From assembly GCA_035529395.1 (NCBI GenBank), contig DATKWT010000091.1, forward strand, positions 135 through 64,134: a stretch of 64,000 bases of DNA, in the 5' to 3' direction. The translations under genes and the position numbers were made by a program. Below the pieces are notes generated by a model. That model was not told the origin of the DNA. It searched no databases and was given only the letters and a program-made list of their open reading frames with translations. Below are positions 42,862 to 52,785 of this stretch, one piece after another; the stretch's first letter is position 1; each line of letters begins with the position of its first letter. The stretch is from Dehalococcoidales bacterium (GTDB lineage Bacteria > Chloroflexota > Dehalococcoidia > Dehalococcoidales > Fen-1064).

Positions 42862-42997
42862 CTACAAAGTAACCTGCACTAATGCTACCTGATTTCGCTT
42901 GAGATAGTCAAAGACGTGTAATCTGACCACGCTGGCGGCGATGCTTCGCAGTTCGCGCTACCGGTCGAACAGCCAGGACGCCATCGTGTGCTGTTAT

Positions 42998-43264
42998 TTA
43001 GTCCCGCACACGCCTCAGTTCAATAACCACCGGGTTCTCTGCATCGGGGCAGGCAACCGTAGTCCTGTCCGGGTCTTTTTCCCAGGGAAAGGCACCGCCG
43101 GTCTGTAACGCCATCGCGAAAGGGAAGATGGCATTATAGGCGAAGGAACATACGTTCGGTGGGGTGAGTTCTCCCACCGGGAACTCGTCGCCAACACACA
43201 TCCCGGCTTCACACGTTCCCTTCTGGCTGATTACTTTTCCTGTCACATTGAATAGTTCTGCCAT
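42998..43264 (-). CDS. Small conserved protein, TIGR04076-like
   Basis: 88 aa with KGTCEAGMCVGDEF, GGAFPWEKDPD and ACPDAENPVVIELRR. The family assignment is from memory. AGGAGG RBS. Confidence 0.6.
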   Translation of the reverse strand: MAELFNVTGKVISQKGTCEAGMCVGDEFPVGELTPPNVCSFAYNAIFPFAMALQTGGAFPWEKDPDRTTVACPDAENPVVIELRRVRD

Positions 43265-43319
43265 TGGATACCTCCTTGGTTCGAACGAAAAGAGCTACCG
43301 GCAAACCTTGACACGCAGG

Positions 43320-43964
43320 TTACGACTTCCGCGAATACCGCACCAGTTTCCAGGTGAGGACTTCGCAGAGCACGGTTACGTCCTCGGATTCGAGGTAGTC
43401 TGTAATGTTAGTATCAAACAGCATGTTCATCTGTGGTGCCAGTTCCTCGTCGCCATGCCAGAGAACGAGCGCTATCGGGACGCGATTAAAGCCGTTGATG
43501 ACCACGCCGGTATCTCCCAGGTCAATTTCTGTACCACCCACGACTTTACTGGCTTCCACCAGTAAGTCCGGCTCTCTGCCGAACCGTCTGGTGAGCTGGT
43601 CAGTGGTCCTCTTGGAGAAGGTAGGGAAGTAGACCACACCCCCGGGAAGGTCACGGTAGGTGATGAGCTTACCTGTTGCCGCGGTGCCTCTGGCCTGGGC
43701 AAGATAGCGCAACACCAGGATTTTCTCTCGCAGCGGGAGCTCGTCGGCATCCCCTTCCGGCAGGACGGTGAGGTCCGGGAATGATATGACATAAGGTTTG
43801 CCCAGGTAGTCGACAGTGACGGTAATAGCGGAGTCCGCACTCTCGTACCGGGAGTCGCTGAGGCGGGACTGCTCTTCGAGGTCTGCCGCGGTCAGACGGT
43901 CACGCACAATCCCGAAAGCAACATTCAGGTTATATACTGACCGGTTCTCGTCCACAGGCAGCAC
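43320..43964 (-). CDS. DUF3786-like protein associated with corrinoid/ACS clusters
   Basis: 214 aa with ILVLRYL, ITYRDLPGG..YFPTF..R and LFD.....YL..ED. The family assignment is from memory. GTG start after GAAGGAAG. Confidence 0.55.
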   Translation of the reverse strand: MLPVDENRSVYNLNVAFGIVRDRLTAADLEEQSRLSDSRYESADSAITVTVDYLGKPYVISFPDLTVLPEGDADELPLREKILVLRYLAQARGTAATGKLITYRDLPGGVVYFPTFSKRTTDQLTRRFGREPDLLVEASKVVGGTEIDLGDTGVVINGFNRVPIALVLWHGDEELAPQMNMLFDTNITDYLESEDVTVLCEVLTWKLVRYSRKS

Positions 43965-44015
43965 TGTCTTCCTTCTCTTTGGGAGCCCTGCAGTGGTGGC
44001 ACCCGCTGTAAACCT

Positions 44016-44060
44016 GTGGAGGCCGTCCCCGGTCGGTTATCCCGGGATTGCGGCCTCCAC
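44016..44060 (-). other. Intra-operon hairpin (10-bp perfect stem GTGGAGGCCG / CGGCCTCCAC, 25-nt loop)
   Basis: Read directly from the sequence, in the 128-nt acsE/DUF3786 spacer. Confidence 0.5.
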
Positions 44061-44092
44061 GAATTACCCATACTATCGGAGTGTTGCCGGTA

Positions 44093-44968
44093 CTACACGT
44101 CCAGCCAGGAGTGGGAGTAAAGGACCTGTCCGGTCACCACCCGCACCGACTTGGCGTACTTCGCCTCTTCAGAGTCGAGGGAAGCGAGGTCAGGCATTTC
44201 ACCATCCATTATGCGGTGAATCATGGCGACACGTTCCGACCTTTCACCACGGGCTATCTTAATCAGCTCCGCGTCGAATGCGTCCACTATCGCCGAATGT
44301 ATATTGTATTTCATGAGCATCATCAGGTAAGTGCGGTTGAGGTAGGGGCGGAGTTCGTTTGGTGTACCATTGGAGACATTGGACAGGCCCACTGCTGACT
44401 TGCCGCCAGGAGCAATCTCGTGGAGCATACTCATGAACTCCAGGCAGGGCTTGACCTGGTTCGTATCCACGTTGCTTGCCGGGGTTACGATAGGGTCGAA
44501 CCAGATAGTATCATTGGTAATACCCAACTCGGCAGCTGCCATCATAAGCTCCATGGCAATCATGCTGCGTTCGTCCTCATCTCTCGGCATACCCTCTCGT
44601 CCCCAGAGCAGCCCGATGAAGTCGGCATTATACTTGGTGGCCAGAGGCAGCTCCTCTTCCATCCTGGCCAGGGATATAGAGTTTATTAGCGCACGCCCCT
44701 TGTGGACTTTGAGGCCGGCCTCGATTGCCACGGGATTGGTACAATCGAGTGACAGGGGCATGTCAACTACCTCTTGTACTGTCTTGACTGCCCATTCCAT
44801 CATCTCGTCACCAGCCCTACGGCCAGGCCCGATGTTGATATCGAGGTAGTCCACTCCCGCTTCCTTCATGGCTCTGGCCATCTCCTGGATAGGAGCAGCA
44901 TTTCTCTCCCTGAGAGCCGGGCCGAGTGTCTTAGACATTATGTTGATGTTTTCTCCGATGAGAATCAT
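44093..44968 (-). CDS. acsE: Methyltetrahydrofolate:corrinoid/Fe-S protein methyltransferase
   Basis: Pterin-binding TIM-barrel protein (IGENIN, DYLDINIGP) adjacent to acsC. Confidence 0.85.
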   Translation of the reverse strand: MILIGENINIMSKTLGPALRERNAAPIQEMARAMKEAGVDYLDINIGPGRRAGDEMMEWAVKTVQEVVDMPLSLDCTNPVAIEAGLKVHKGRALINSISLARMEEELPLATKYNADFIGLLWGREGMPRDEDERSMIAMELMMAAAELGITNDTIWFDPIVTPASNVDTNQVKPCLEFMSMLHEIAPGGKSAVGLSNVSNGTPNELRPYLNRTYLMMLMKYNIHSAIVDAFDAELIKIARGERSERVAMIHRIMDGEMPDLASLDSEEAKYAKSVRVVTGQVLYSHSWLDV

Positions 44969-44977
44969 TGCTCCCTC

Positions 44978-46324
44978 CTAAGCTTTCCACGATTTCAGGT
45001 AGGCTGGAATGTGGGCTGCGTCCCTGGGGCCAACCATTATCTCCCAGCCGGGTAGCTCCTCTTCAATGCCTCCACTCTCCGCAGCGGCGTAACCGGGGAT
45101 TATGAGCTTCCGGTGCTTGACCTTGTCTTCGATGCCGCTCTTCTTAACGAACGGACCGATAAGGTCAGCCACGAACTTGCCTGCCGCCCAGGCGGTCATT
45201 ACGGAAAGCCCTTCGGTGTCCATTATCAGGAGGTGACTGGGTACCTTGCTGCCTTCTATCTCGCCGGAGACGATGAAGTAGGTTAATGCAAAGTTGGTGG
45301 TAACCAGTACCGGGGAGTTCTCGTTTGGATTGTTGATATCGTAGATGCCCTGTTCCGTTGCCAGTGGCCGCTGAGGGTCGGTGAAGATGTTCAGCCGTTC
45401 GACGAGTAACGGGAACAGACTCTCTCCATAGAGGTCAGAGAGAACGATGATTCCACCGTATTTAGCGACGAGCATGGCGGAAATCATTCCTTCCTTCATC
45501 GGGTTATCCGTCATCTCACAGGGGAAGGCAATCGTGGGGAATCCCAGAGGACGGAACTTGCCGGCAAGTGCCGCGTTTCGGGTGATAACCTGGTCCTCGA
45601 AGGTCTGGCGAACGGTCCTGGCCCCGGAGTCAATAACAATATCATTAACACCGGCATCCATCAGCTTCTGGGTGAGCTCGGAAAGCTCTTCGAGTCCGTC
45701 AGCCTTGACACCAATCGAGGAGGAGTTCTCCTTGACAAGCTCCGCCATGGCATCGAGGTTATCTTTGGTCGCACCATAGACCAGCGGTTTCTGGTCGGCG
45801 CACTCCTTCAGACCGGCAGCAAGAATAGTTGTGTCTTCACTCATAAGGATAAGGTTAGCATCACTGTTCTGGGCCACCTTGCTGACCAGGGCTCCGAACT
45901 TTGCGGCGTCCCCTGATTCGCTCTTGATCGCCACCAATTCGGGGCGGAGGTGCAGGCCGACTCTCTCAAACTGGAGTTCCTTGAATCTCTGAAGCCTGCC
46001 GTCAACATCCGCATCAGACATAGCATCGCTGACGAGTACGGCTACTGCCGTCGGGTTCTCGAGGCGTTTTTCGTGGCGGAACATAACCGTCTCGCCGCCG
46101 ACCTTCACCGCCTCGGGACCAGTGCCGATGGTAACTGCCCTGATGGGAGGTGCCGAGGCCTCAGCGAGTTGTTCCGTTGCCTCTTCGGAGACGTGCGGAC
46201 AGGCAGAGAGCTCCGCCTTGCCCGATGCCAGGTTCATGGCAAAGGCGAGGCAGGTGGGCACTCCACAATCGCCGCAGTTCGTCTTTGGCAGCAGTTTGAA
46301 TATCTGTATTCCGGTAAGTGCCAT
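44978..46324 (-). CDS. acsC: Corrinoid/Fe-S protein large subunit
   Basis: The N-terminal 4Fe-4S motif is NCGDCGVPTCLAFAM...C. Start at MALTG after AAAGGAG (the track adds 38 aa overlapping acsB). Confidence 0.9.
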   Translation of the reverse strand: MALTGIQIFKLLPKTNCGDCGVPTCLAFAMNLASGKAELSACPHVSEEATEQLAEASAPPIRAVTIGTGPEAVKVGGETVMFRHEKRLENPTAVAVLVSDAMSDADVDGRLQRFKELQFERVGLHLRPELVAIKSESGDAAKFGALVSKVAQNSDANLILMSEDTTILAAGLKECADQKPLVYGATKDNLDAMAELVKENSSSIGVKADGLEELSELTQKLMDAGVNDIVIDSGARTVRQTFEDQVITRNAALAGKFRPLGFPTIAFPCEMTDNPMKEGMISAMLVAKYGGIIVLSDLYGESLFPLLVERLNIFTDPQRPLATEQGIYDINNPNENSPVLVTTNFALTYFIVSGEIEGSKVPSHLLIMDTEGLSVMTAWAAGKFVADLIGPFVKKSGIEDKVKHRKLIIPGYAAAESGGIEEELPGWEIMVGPRDAAHIPAYLKSWKA

Positions 46325-46340
46325 AGTCGTGACTCCTTTC

Positions 46341-48548
46341 TTAGCCCAGTATCGAGTCCATGGTGAGGGCGGGATGTCCCTTCTCCTCGAGGAAGGGTAG
46401 AATCTCCTCTTCGGTCTCACCCACGGATTCATCGGCAATCATATCCATCAAGTTGGGTACACCCATCTCCTCAGCCCTGGCATTCAGCCTGTCTGCTATC
46501 TCTTCCTTCAGCATCTTGGGCATCCAGACTATACGCAGCAGGCCACCGTCGCCAATGATGAATTTCCTCTGGCAGATATTGTACTTGCCGTGGCCTACAA
46601 ATCCCGGGCTGCTGATGCCACCGCCGATTGTCCCGGCCAGCGTGGTGAATTTCATTCCACAAGGGGTCATACCGCTGTATTCGCGGTTGACGGTCATGAT
46701 GCCGTTGCACATCGGCAGGACTGCCGCGATGGCCTCGCAGCAACCGCAGGTGGTCATCGGGTCGTTGATAATGCTGTAGAAGTTGTAGTGGTCAATCTTA
46801 CCACGCGATGCCTGGAAGACGAAGTCATTGACACCCTTCCACTGGCCGAGCTTGGCATCGATTGTCTCACCCTTCTCCACGGGTTGGTTCGGGCCGGTGG
46901 GGTTTATCTCGAAGGATGCCTTGCAGTCCATCCAGTTATATGAACCACAGAGTCCGGTCCTCTCGGGGCTGACCACGCAGACGTGGCTGGGGGCGAAGGA
47001 CTGGCACAGCGTGCAGGAGTAGTAGGTCTCGGTGGTCTCGTCGGTCATGCCTTCAATTCTGGCGTCACGCTCGGAATAGACCGTACGTGCCTTTTCTACT
47101 ATCTCCTTCACCTTGTCTTCTTCGGTATAGAGCTTTACCTGGAGTTTATCGAATATCCGGCCGAAGTCCTGGTGGAGCTTGGCGTGGAGTAGCGCACCGA
47201 TGTGTTCCAGCTTGAAGCCCTTCTCCACGGCACCCTTGCCCACCCTTATCCAGGCGATATCTCGCTGTCCGATGTGCATCGCACCCTGGGCGTAGTTAAT
47301 CAGGTGGTGGACCTGGCGCTCCAGGATAGGCTCGTAGTCATCTTCGAACTCTCTGCCGGCAACCTCCACTACTATTGCCAGCGGCAGTTTGGAGCCAGCC
47401 TCTATGTCCGTGATGTTCGGACCGATTATTTCAACCGCACCGTCCTCGACTTCGTCCATTCTCTTGGAAGTGACCCACTCTACCATGGCAGTACGACCAC
47501 CACCGCACTCCAGGTAGATGTCCTCGCCACGTACGCGTTCGCCTTCAAAGGCCGGGCCGTAGGCTACGGGAATCGGTACGTCAGCGACGGTAACCTTGAG
47601 TCCCCGTACCTCAATTGCTTTGGCCACGATTTCATTGTGGGGTATGTTGGAGACAACGTGCTCATAGGTGCAGATACCAGTGGGTAATACTTCCGGTATC
47701 GGGGTATCCGCGATGACGGGGAAGCCCCAGTTGATGACACCAGCGGCATTGGCGTACCACTCATCGGTTACGTAGCCCAGTGGCAGTGCAAAAGCGAAGA
47801 CGCGATCTTTGTTGTAAATCAGTATCTTGCGGTAGTCCCCGGGTTCAATACCACCGAAGGACATGGCAGCACGGGTGGCAAAACCCATGGCGAATACGGC
47901 AGCGCTCGTGTCGGGACCGAAAGAGACCAGCCTTGTTGGCCAGCCAATTTGCACTCCGGCCTCAACGAGTTGCTCGGAAAAACTAACGCCATTGTATTCA
48001 CCGGCCATGAAGACATACAGGTTCTTCTCCAGGAGTTCCTGGGCAATGTTTGCGGCGATTTCTGTAGTGGGAGCAGCACCGAGTATGGCAGCAAATCCCG
48101 GGGCCGTGCCATCCACGAACTCAACACCGCGCTTTCTCAGGATAACGTCATCGGCGGCACCAAGCCAGATGTTGTCATCGTTGACATCCTCACCCTGAAC
48201 GTAGAAATTGGGATTCTCCAGGTAGCGGATAGCTTCTACCATCTCTTCTGCAAACAGCGTTGACATCCCTGCGTCAAGGGCTGGAGCCAGGTAGGGCAGC
48301 GGATGTACTTCTTTGACCATTGGGGGCAGCATGGCCTGACATCGTTTCAGAATCGGCTCCATATCCCCCAGGTTCTCTACTTTTTCACCAAGCATACCGT
48401 AGATTATGGGTAAGAAGTAGGCTGTATTTGGGAAACCCACAGGTTCTTTGGCGCTCCACTTGTCCATGGCCTCCTGCCACTTCTTCTCGGCGTTGCCGAC
48501 AATATTGTGAGCACCCCTGATAGCTGCCGAGGCAATTATCTTGGACAT
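46341..48548 (-). CDS. acsB: Acetyl-CoA synthase (ACS) catalytic subunit
   Basis: 735 aa. The A-cluster region is CTLCQSFAPSHVCVVSPER.GLCG and CGCCE. Confidence 0.95.
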   Translation of the reverse strand: MSKIIASAAIRGAHNIVGNAEKKWQEAMDKWSAKEPVGFPNTAYFLPIIYGMLGEKVENLGDMEPILKRCQAMLPPMVKEVHPLPYLAPALDAGMSTLFAEEMVEAIRYLENPNFYVQGEDVNDDNIWLGAADDVILRKRGVEFVDGTAPGFAAILGAAPTTEIAANIAQELLEKNLYVFMAGEYNGVSFSEQLVEAGVQIGWPTRLVSFGPDTSAAVFAMGFATRAAMSFGGIEPGDYRKILIYNKDRVFAFALPLGYVTDEWYANAAGVINWGFPVIADTPIPEVLPTGICTYEHVVSNIPHNEIVAKAIEVRGLKVTVADVPIPVAYGPAFEGERVRGEDIYLECGGGRTAMVEWVTSKRMDEVEDGAVEIIGPNITDIEAGSKLPLAIVVEVAGREFEDDYEPILERQVHHLINYAQGAMHIGQRDIAWIRVGKGAVEKGFKLEHIGALLHAKLHQDFGRIFDKLQVKLYTEEDKVKEIVEKARTVYSERDARIEGMTDETTETYYSCTLCQSFAPSHVCVVSPERTGLCGSYNWMDCKASFEINPTGPNQPVEKGETIDAKLGQWKGVNDFVFQASRGKIDHYNFYSIINDPMTTCGCCEAIAAVLPMCNGIMTVNREYSGMTPCGMKFTTLAGTIGGGISSPGFVGHGKYNICQRKFIIGDGGLLRIVWMPKMLKEEIADRLNARAEEMGVPNLMDMIADESVGETEEEILPFLEEKGHPALTMDSILG

Positions 48549-48582
48549 TCTATACCTCCCTTATCTCTCTCAACACAGGCAT

Positions 48583-50544
48583 TTAGGTCAGCTCGCGCCT
48601 CATCTCCATGTCATAGAGTACGCGTTCCCTGGCCTTATCAATGCCCAGGGCTTTACGTTTCTTGTCGATGTGGTCAATCATCAGGTGGGCTGCCTTGATT
48701 GGGTCCTCTTCAAATCCCCACATCCCACCGTACATGTCTTCCATTTCCTTGAACAGGAAGTCGGTCACTTCTTTGCTTCCCAGAGTGGGCCAGTTAACGC
48801 CGAATACGGTATACACTCCCGAAGCGACGAAGTACTGTCCGATGGATATTGCCTTCTCGCTCATCCACTCCGGTGCTGCTCCGGCTACCGGCAGGTCACT
48901 GATATCATCACCTAAACCGCCGTCTTTGACCATAGCGGTGGCGGCTATCAGGATACGGCTGTTGTCCACGCAGGAACCCATGTGGAGTACAGGCGGGATA
49001 CCAACCGTCTCACATACCTCTCTCAGGCCCTCACCGGCGAACTCGGCAGCTGCTTCCGGCACCAGGAGTCCTGCCTCGGCGCAGGCAATAGCGTTGCAGC
49101 CGGTGGTAACCACCAGCACATCGTTCTTTATCAGTTCCTTCACCATGGCAATGTGACCCTCATTGTGCTTGACGCGGGCGTTATTGCAGCCAACGACGCC
49201 GGCGAGACCCCTTATCCGGCCGTTAATGATGTTATCATTCAGTGGCCGGTAGGAGGCCCGGAACATGCCGCCCAGCAGGTAGTTGATGGTCTCGTGGCTG
49301 AATCCGGCAATCTGAGTAGTCTCATTGTCAGGAATGCCAACATTCCCCTTGCGATTGGGGAAGTTCTCAATAGCGGTTTTGACTATCTCCCGGGCCGATG
49401 TCAGGGCATCATGCTCGTCAAACTCGATGTGGATGGCTCCAGGTATCTTGGCCTTGGGTGAGGTGGTGATAATCTTGGTATGGTAGCACTCCGCTACCGT
49501 GGTTATGGACTGGAAGATGCACTGGACATCCACTACCATAGCATCCACGGCTCCGGTTACTATGGCCAGCTCCTGCTGCAGGAAGTTGCCGGCTATGCCT
49601 ACTCCGTGGCGCATCAGTATCTCGTTGGCAGTACAGCACATACCGGCCAGATTAATGCCCTTGGCACCTTTCGATTTGGCCAACTCCACCATTTCCGGCT
49701 CCTGGGCAACAGCTACAATTATCTCGGAAAGCAGTGGCTCGTGGCCGTGAATAATAATGTTGACCTCGTCTTTTCTGAGTACGCCCAGGTTTGCCTTGCC
49801 TAGAATAGGGGCCGGGGTGCCAAAGAGTATGTCCTGGAGCTCGGTAGCAATCATGCTGCCACCCCAGCCATCGCCAATGGCTGCCCTGACACCCTGCTTG
49901 AGCAGGTTCCTGTAGTCCTGGTCAACCCCGATGTGGGTCCGGTGCATTATCTCGACGATTTCCCTGTCAATACCCCGGGGGGCGACGCCCTGGCTTCGCC
50001 ATAGCTCCTGGCGTTTCAGTGGCGCTTTCCTCAGGGTTATCAGCTCACCCTCCTGCCGGCCGAACTCGGCCAGGGCTTTTTCACCGATATCAACGGCTAT
50101 TTCACTATTGCTGCGGTCGCCAATATCGATACCCCAGTCCAGAGCTAGCTGCAGCAGTTTCTGCTCATCCTTTATCTCGTATCCGGGGGCTTCTCCCCTG
50201 GCGGTTGCCAGGAATAACTCGGCTGTTCCCCGGCCGTGGTCGGAGTGGGCCGATGCTCCTCCGGCTATCATCCGGATGAAATTGCGGGCCGCGATGGTCT
50301 CAGCGGTAGCCCCGCATATGCCTCTTCTTTTCAGTTTTTGTTCGGGTGTTTCCTCTTTGCCTTTGGGCAAAGGTACCCGGCAGGGTCCCATAGCACAGTT
50401 CTTGCAGCAACTACCGACAGAACCTATGGGACAGGGTTTCATGGCATCAGCTCTATCGAAAGCGGTATTGACTCCGTCGGCGGTTGCCTTCTTTATCAGC
50501 TCGATAGTAGCCTGATCGATGCTTTTATTCTCTGCCTCTGACAT
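48583..50544 (-). CDS. cooS: Anaerobic Ni,Fe carbon monoxide dehydrogenase catalytic subunit
   Basis: The N-terminus carries CPIGSVGSCCKNCAMGPC. It also has HGHEP, the GMCCTANE region and GSCVDN. Confidence 0.95.
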   Translation of the reverse strand: MSEAENKSIDQATIELIKKATADGVNTAFDRADAMKPCPIGSVGSCCKNCAMGPCRVPLPKGKEETPEQKLKRRGICGATAETIAARNFIRMIAGGASAHSDHGRGTAELFLATARGEAPGYEIKDEQKLLQLALDWGIDIGDRSNSEIAVDIGEKALAEFGRQEGELITLRKAPLKRQELWRSQGVAPRGIDREIVEIMHRTHIGVDQDYRNLLKQGVRAAIGDGWGGSMIATELQDILFGTPAPILGKANLGVLRKDEVNIIIHGHEPLLSEIIVAVAQEPEMVELAKSKGAKGINLAGMCCTANEILMRHGVGIAGNFLQQELAIVTGAVDAMVVDVQCIFQSITTVAECYHTKIITTSPKAKIPGAIHIEFDEHDALTSAREIVKTAIENFPNRKGNVGIPDNETTQIAGFSHETINYLLGGMFRASYRPLNDNIINGRIRGLAGVVGCNNARVKHNEGHIAMVKELIKNDVLVVTTGCNAIACAEAGLLVPEAAAEFAGEGLREVCETVGIPPVLHMGSCVDNSRILIAATAMVKDGGLGDDISDLPVAGAAPEWMSEKAISIGQYFVASGVYTVFGVNWPTLGSKEVTDFLFKEMEDMYGGMWGFEEDPIKAAHLMIDHIDKKRKALGIDKARERVLYDMEMRRELT

Positions 50545-50590
50545 TGTGCAACTCCTCTCCTCTCCAATATTCCAGGTGGCTGTGAGCTAC

Positions 50591-51535
50591 TTATGTAGCC
50601 GTTAATTCAGCTACCATTTCCCGGACCAGCTTGATTGCTTCCGGGTGTCTCATTACTAACAGGTCCCCACCTGCCAGAAGCAGGGTCATGGCGGACATCG
50701 CTTCCAGCAGGATACCGCGCTTCCTGGCGTCTCCCATGTTCATCTCGTTATCCGGGAGGTGGACTTCCTTGGACTTCCAGACCTCTTTGGACAGGTTGCA
50801 GACGATGGGGAACTGGAGCTTGTCGTCCTGCTGTGTCAGTCCGGCCATCCTCATTCTCTCCATCACCGAATAGGCGTATTCGATACCGTAACCAATACTG
50901 CTGACGGTGGGGTCGATGACAATCTGCTTATCAGGCACGCCAAGGTTACCCAGCAGGATATTGAGCTGCTTGGCCAGGTTAATGTCTATCGGGGTGGAGG
51001 CCACCACGGTGTGTTTATAGGCTATGGCGGCGGCGCCAATACGCTTGTGGTTCGCTTCCTGTACCGGCCCGATAATCAGGCTCTTGTCCTGGCAGGCCTC
51101 GGCCACTGCCCTGAGTACCTCGGTATCCTTGTCAACATTGGCTGTCCCCCAGACGAGGAGAGGAACATCAATGGCATCAGCCACCTTCTTCACCACTGCG
51201 GCGGCTTCCTCAGCCCCGCGGTCAAGTCCGTTGGGGTCGGTGCTTTCCAGCGAAAGGGCAATCATCTCTGCCCCGTAGTCATCGATGCACTTCTTCGCCC
51301 AGGCAACGGGGTCGTCGGTCACACCGGCGAAGGGTTCCAGCGCAGCCTCAGCCCACTCCTGTGGAGGACAGTCGAGCACCTCCATAGCTATCCTTGGCTG
51401 GCGTGGCATCTCACCTTCGAACAGGTAGAACGGGTAGACGGTCTCGCCGCCGACCACTACGGCCTTGTCCCCCTTGCCGAGCGATACTTCTTTTATCTTA
51501 CCGGTGTAGGATGTTTTCGGAATATCAAAAGCCAT
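50591..51535 (-). CDS. acsD: Corrinoid/Fe-S protein small subunit
   Basis: 314-aa TIM-barrel protein located between folD and cooS. Confidence 0.85.
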   Translation of the reverse strand: MAFDIPKTSYTGKIKEVSLGKGDKAVVVGGETVYPFYLFEGEMPRQPRIAMEVLDCPPQEWAEAALEPFAGVTDDPVAWAKKCIDDYGAEMIALSLESTDPNGLDRGAEEAAAVVKKVADAIDVPLLVWGTANVDKDTEVLRAVAEACQDKSLIIGPVQEANHKRIGAAAIAYKHTVVASTPIDINLAKQLNILLGNLGVPDKQIVIDPTVSSIGYGIEYAYSVMERMRMAGLTQQDDKLQFPIVCNLSKEVWKSKEVHLPDNEMNMGDARKRGILLEAMSAMTLLLAGGDLLVMRHPEAIKLVREMVAELTAT

Positions 51536-51549
51536 CTCTGTTCCCCTCT

Positions 51550-51768
51550 CTAGGCCGGATTCTTTCTTTTTTCGCTGCCGAACCAGTCATCTGAGTACCA
51601 GTACCGCTCACCGGTCTCCAGGTACTTCAGCTTTTCTTCACGGCTGGACAGCTTTTGTCGCCATTTACCGACTTCTTCACCCTCGGGCTGGCCATCTTCA
51701 TAAGTGGGACCCAGTACCTCTACTGCGTCTCTACCCGGGGCTTTCACTTTTTCGACCTGGTATTCCAT
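51550..51768 (-). CDS. Hypothetical 72-aa charged/aromatic protein inside the WL operon
   Basis: AAGGAGGG RBS. It sits 14 nt upstream of acsD and 18 nt downstream of folD. I recognise no family. Confidence 0.5.
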   Translation of the reverse strand: MEYQVEKVKAPGRDAVEVLGPTYEDGQPEGEEVGKWRQKLSSREEKLKYLETGERYWYSDDWFGSEKRKNPA

Positions 51769-51786
51769 ATTCCTGTACCCTCCTTA

Positions 51787-52674
51787 CTAGGCCAGACCGG
51801 CAGCCAGCTTTGCTGCTCTGACCGTATTCAGCATTAACATGGTTATCGTCATCGGGCCGACACCACCGGGTACCGGCGTTATGGCGCTGGCCTTTTCCTT
51901 GACGGAATCGAAGTCAACGTCTCCGCAGAGGATTCTCTTACCTTCAGCAGTCGTACCGATCTGGTTAACACCGACATCGATGACCACGACGCCTTCCTTG
52001 ACCATGTCTGCGGTGATTGCCTTCGCTTTACCCGCGGCCACAATCAGTATATCGGCTCGCCTGGTGTGGAAAGCCATGTCTTTGGTCCGGGTGTGGCATA
52101 TCGTGACTGTGGCGTTGGCGCCCTCTTTCTTCTGAAGGAGCATGTTTGCGATTGGCTTGCCGACGATATTGCTTCTACCGACAACGACTACCTCGGCCCC
52201 TTCGGTCTGCACGCCGGACCTGATGAGAAGCTGCTGGATACCGTGTGGCGTACAGGGCAGGTAGTCCGGTTCCCCAATCATCAGCTTACCGATGTTAACC
52301 GGGTGGAATCCATCAACGTCCTTCTTGGGGTCGATTGCGATAAGCACCTCGTTCTCGTTGATGTGCTTCGGCAGAGGGAGCTGTACCAGGATCCCGTTGA
52401 TTTTGGGGTCTTTGTTGAGCCGGTCAACCAGGGTCATCAGGTCCTCTTGACTGGTGTCCTCGGGAAGGTCATATCTCTCCGAATAGACGCCCAGGTTCCC
52501 GGCCGTCTTTTCCTTCTGCCCGACATAGACCTGTGATGCCGGGTCTGCACCCACCAGAACAGTGACCAGTCCCGGTACCACATTGTGTTTCTCTTTGAGT
52601 TGGGCTATCTCTTCTTTCAACTCGGCGCGAATCTGCTTGGCGACATCGGCGCCTCTGATTATCTGTGCTGTCAT
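51787..52674 (-). CDS. folD: Bifunctional methylene-THF dehydrogenase / methenyl-THF cyclohydrolase
   Basis: PGLVTVLVG.DPAS..YV, VQLPLP, GRSNIVGKP and PGGVGPMT. Start at MTAQII, 5 nt after GGAGG. Confidence 0.9.
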   Translation of the reverse strand: MTAQIIRGADVAKQIRAELKEEIAQLKEKHNVVPGLVTVLVGADPASQVYVGQKEKTAGNLGVYSERYDLPEDTSQEDLMTLVDRLNKDPKINGILVQLPLPKHINENEVLIAIDPKKDVDGFHPVNIGKLMIGEPDYLPCTPHGIQQLLIRSGVQTEGAEVVVVGRSNIVGKPIANMLLQKKEGANATVTICHTRTKDMAFHTRRADILIVAAGKAKAITADMVKEGVVVIDVGVNQIGTTAEGKRILCGDVDFDSVKEKASAITPVPGGVGPMTITMLMLNTVRAAKLAAGLA

Positions 52675-52785
52675 TGCCCCCTCCATCATTATAGGATTTA
52701 TAGCATACGCAATACCAGTTCCCCGGTCTTTTTCCGGGTTCCCGGCACGTATTCTAACTGGCTTGAGTGTATCCTGTACCTCCTG

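Noticed and set aside
52700-52785. The CCGGGTTCCCGG mini-hairpin in the cooC-folD spacer, considered as an internal terminator.
   Set aside because: The stem is very short with a 2-nt loop. The T-run is on the wrong side for the minus-strand transcript.
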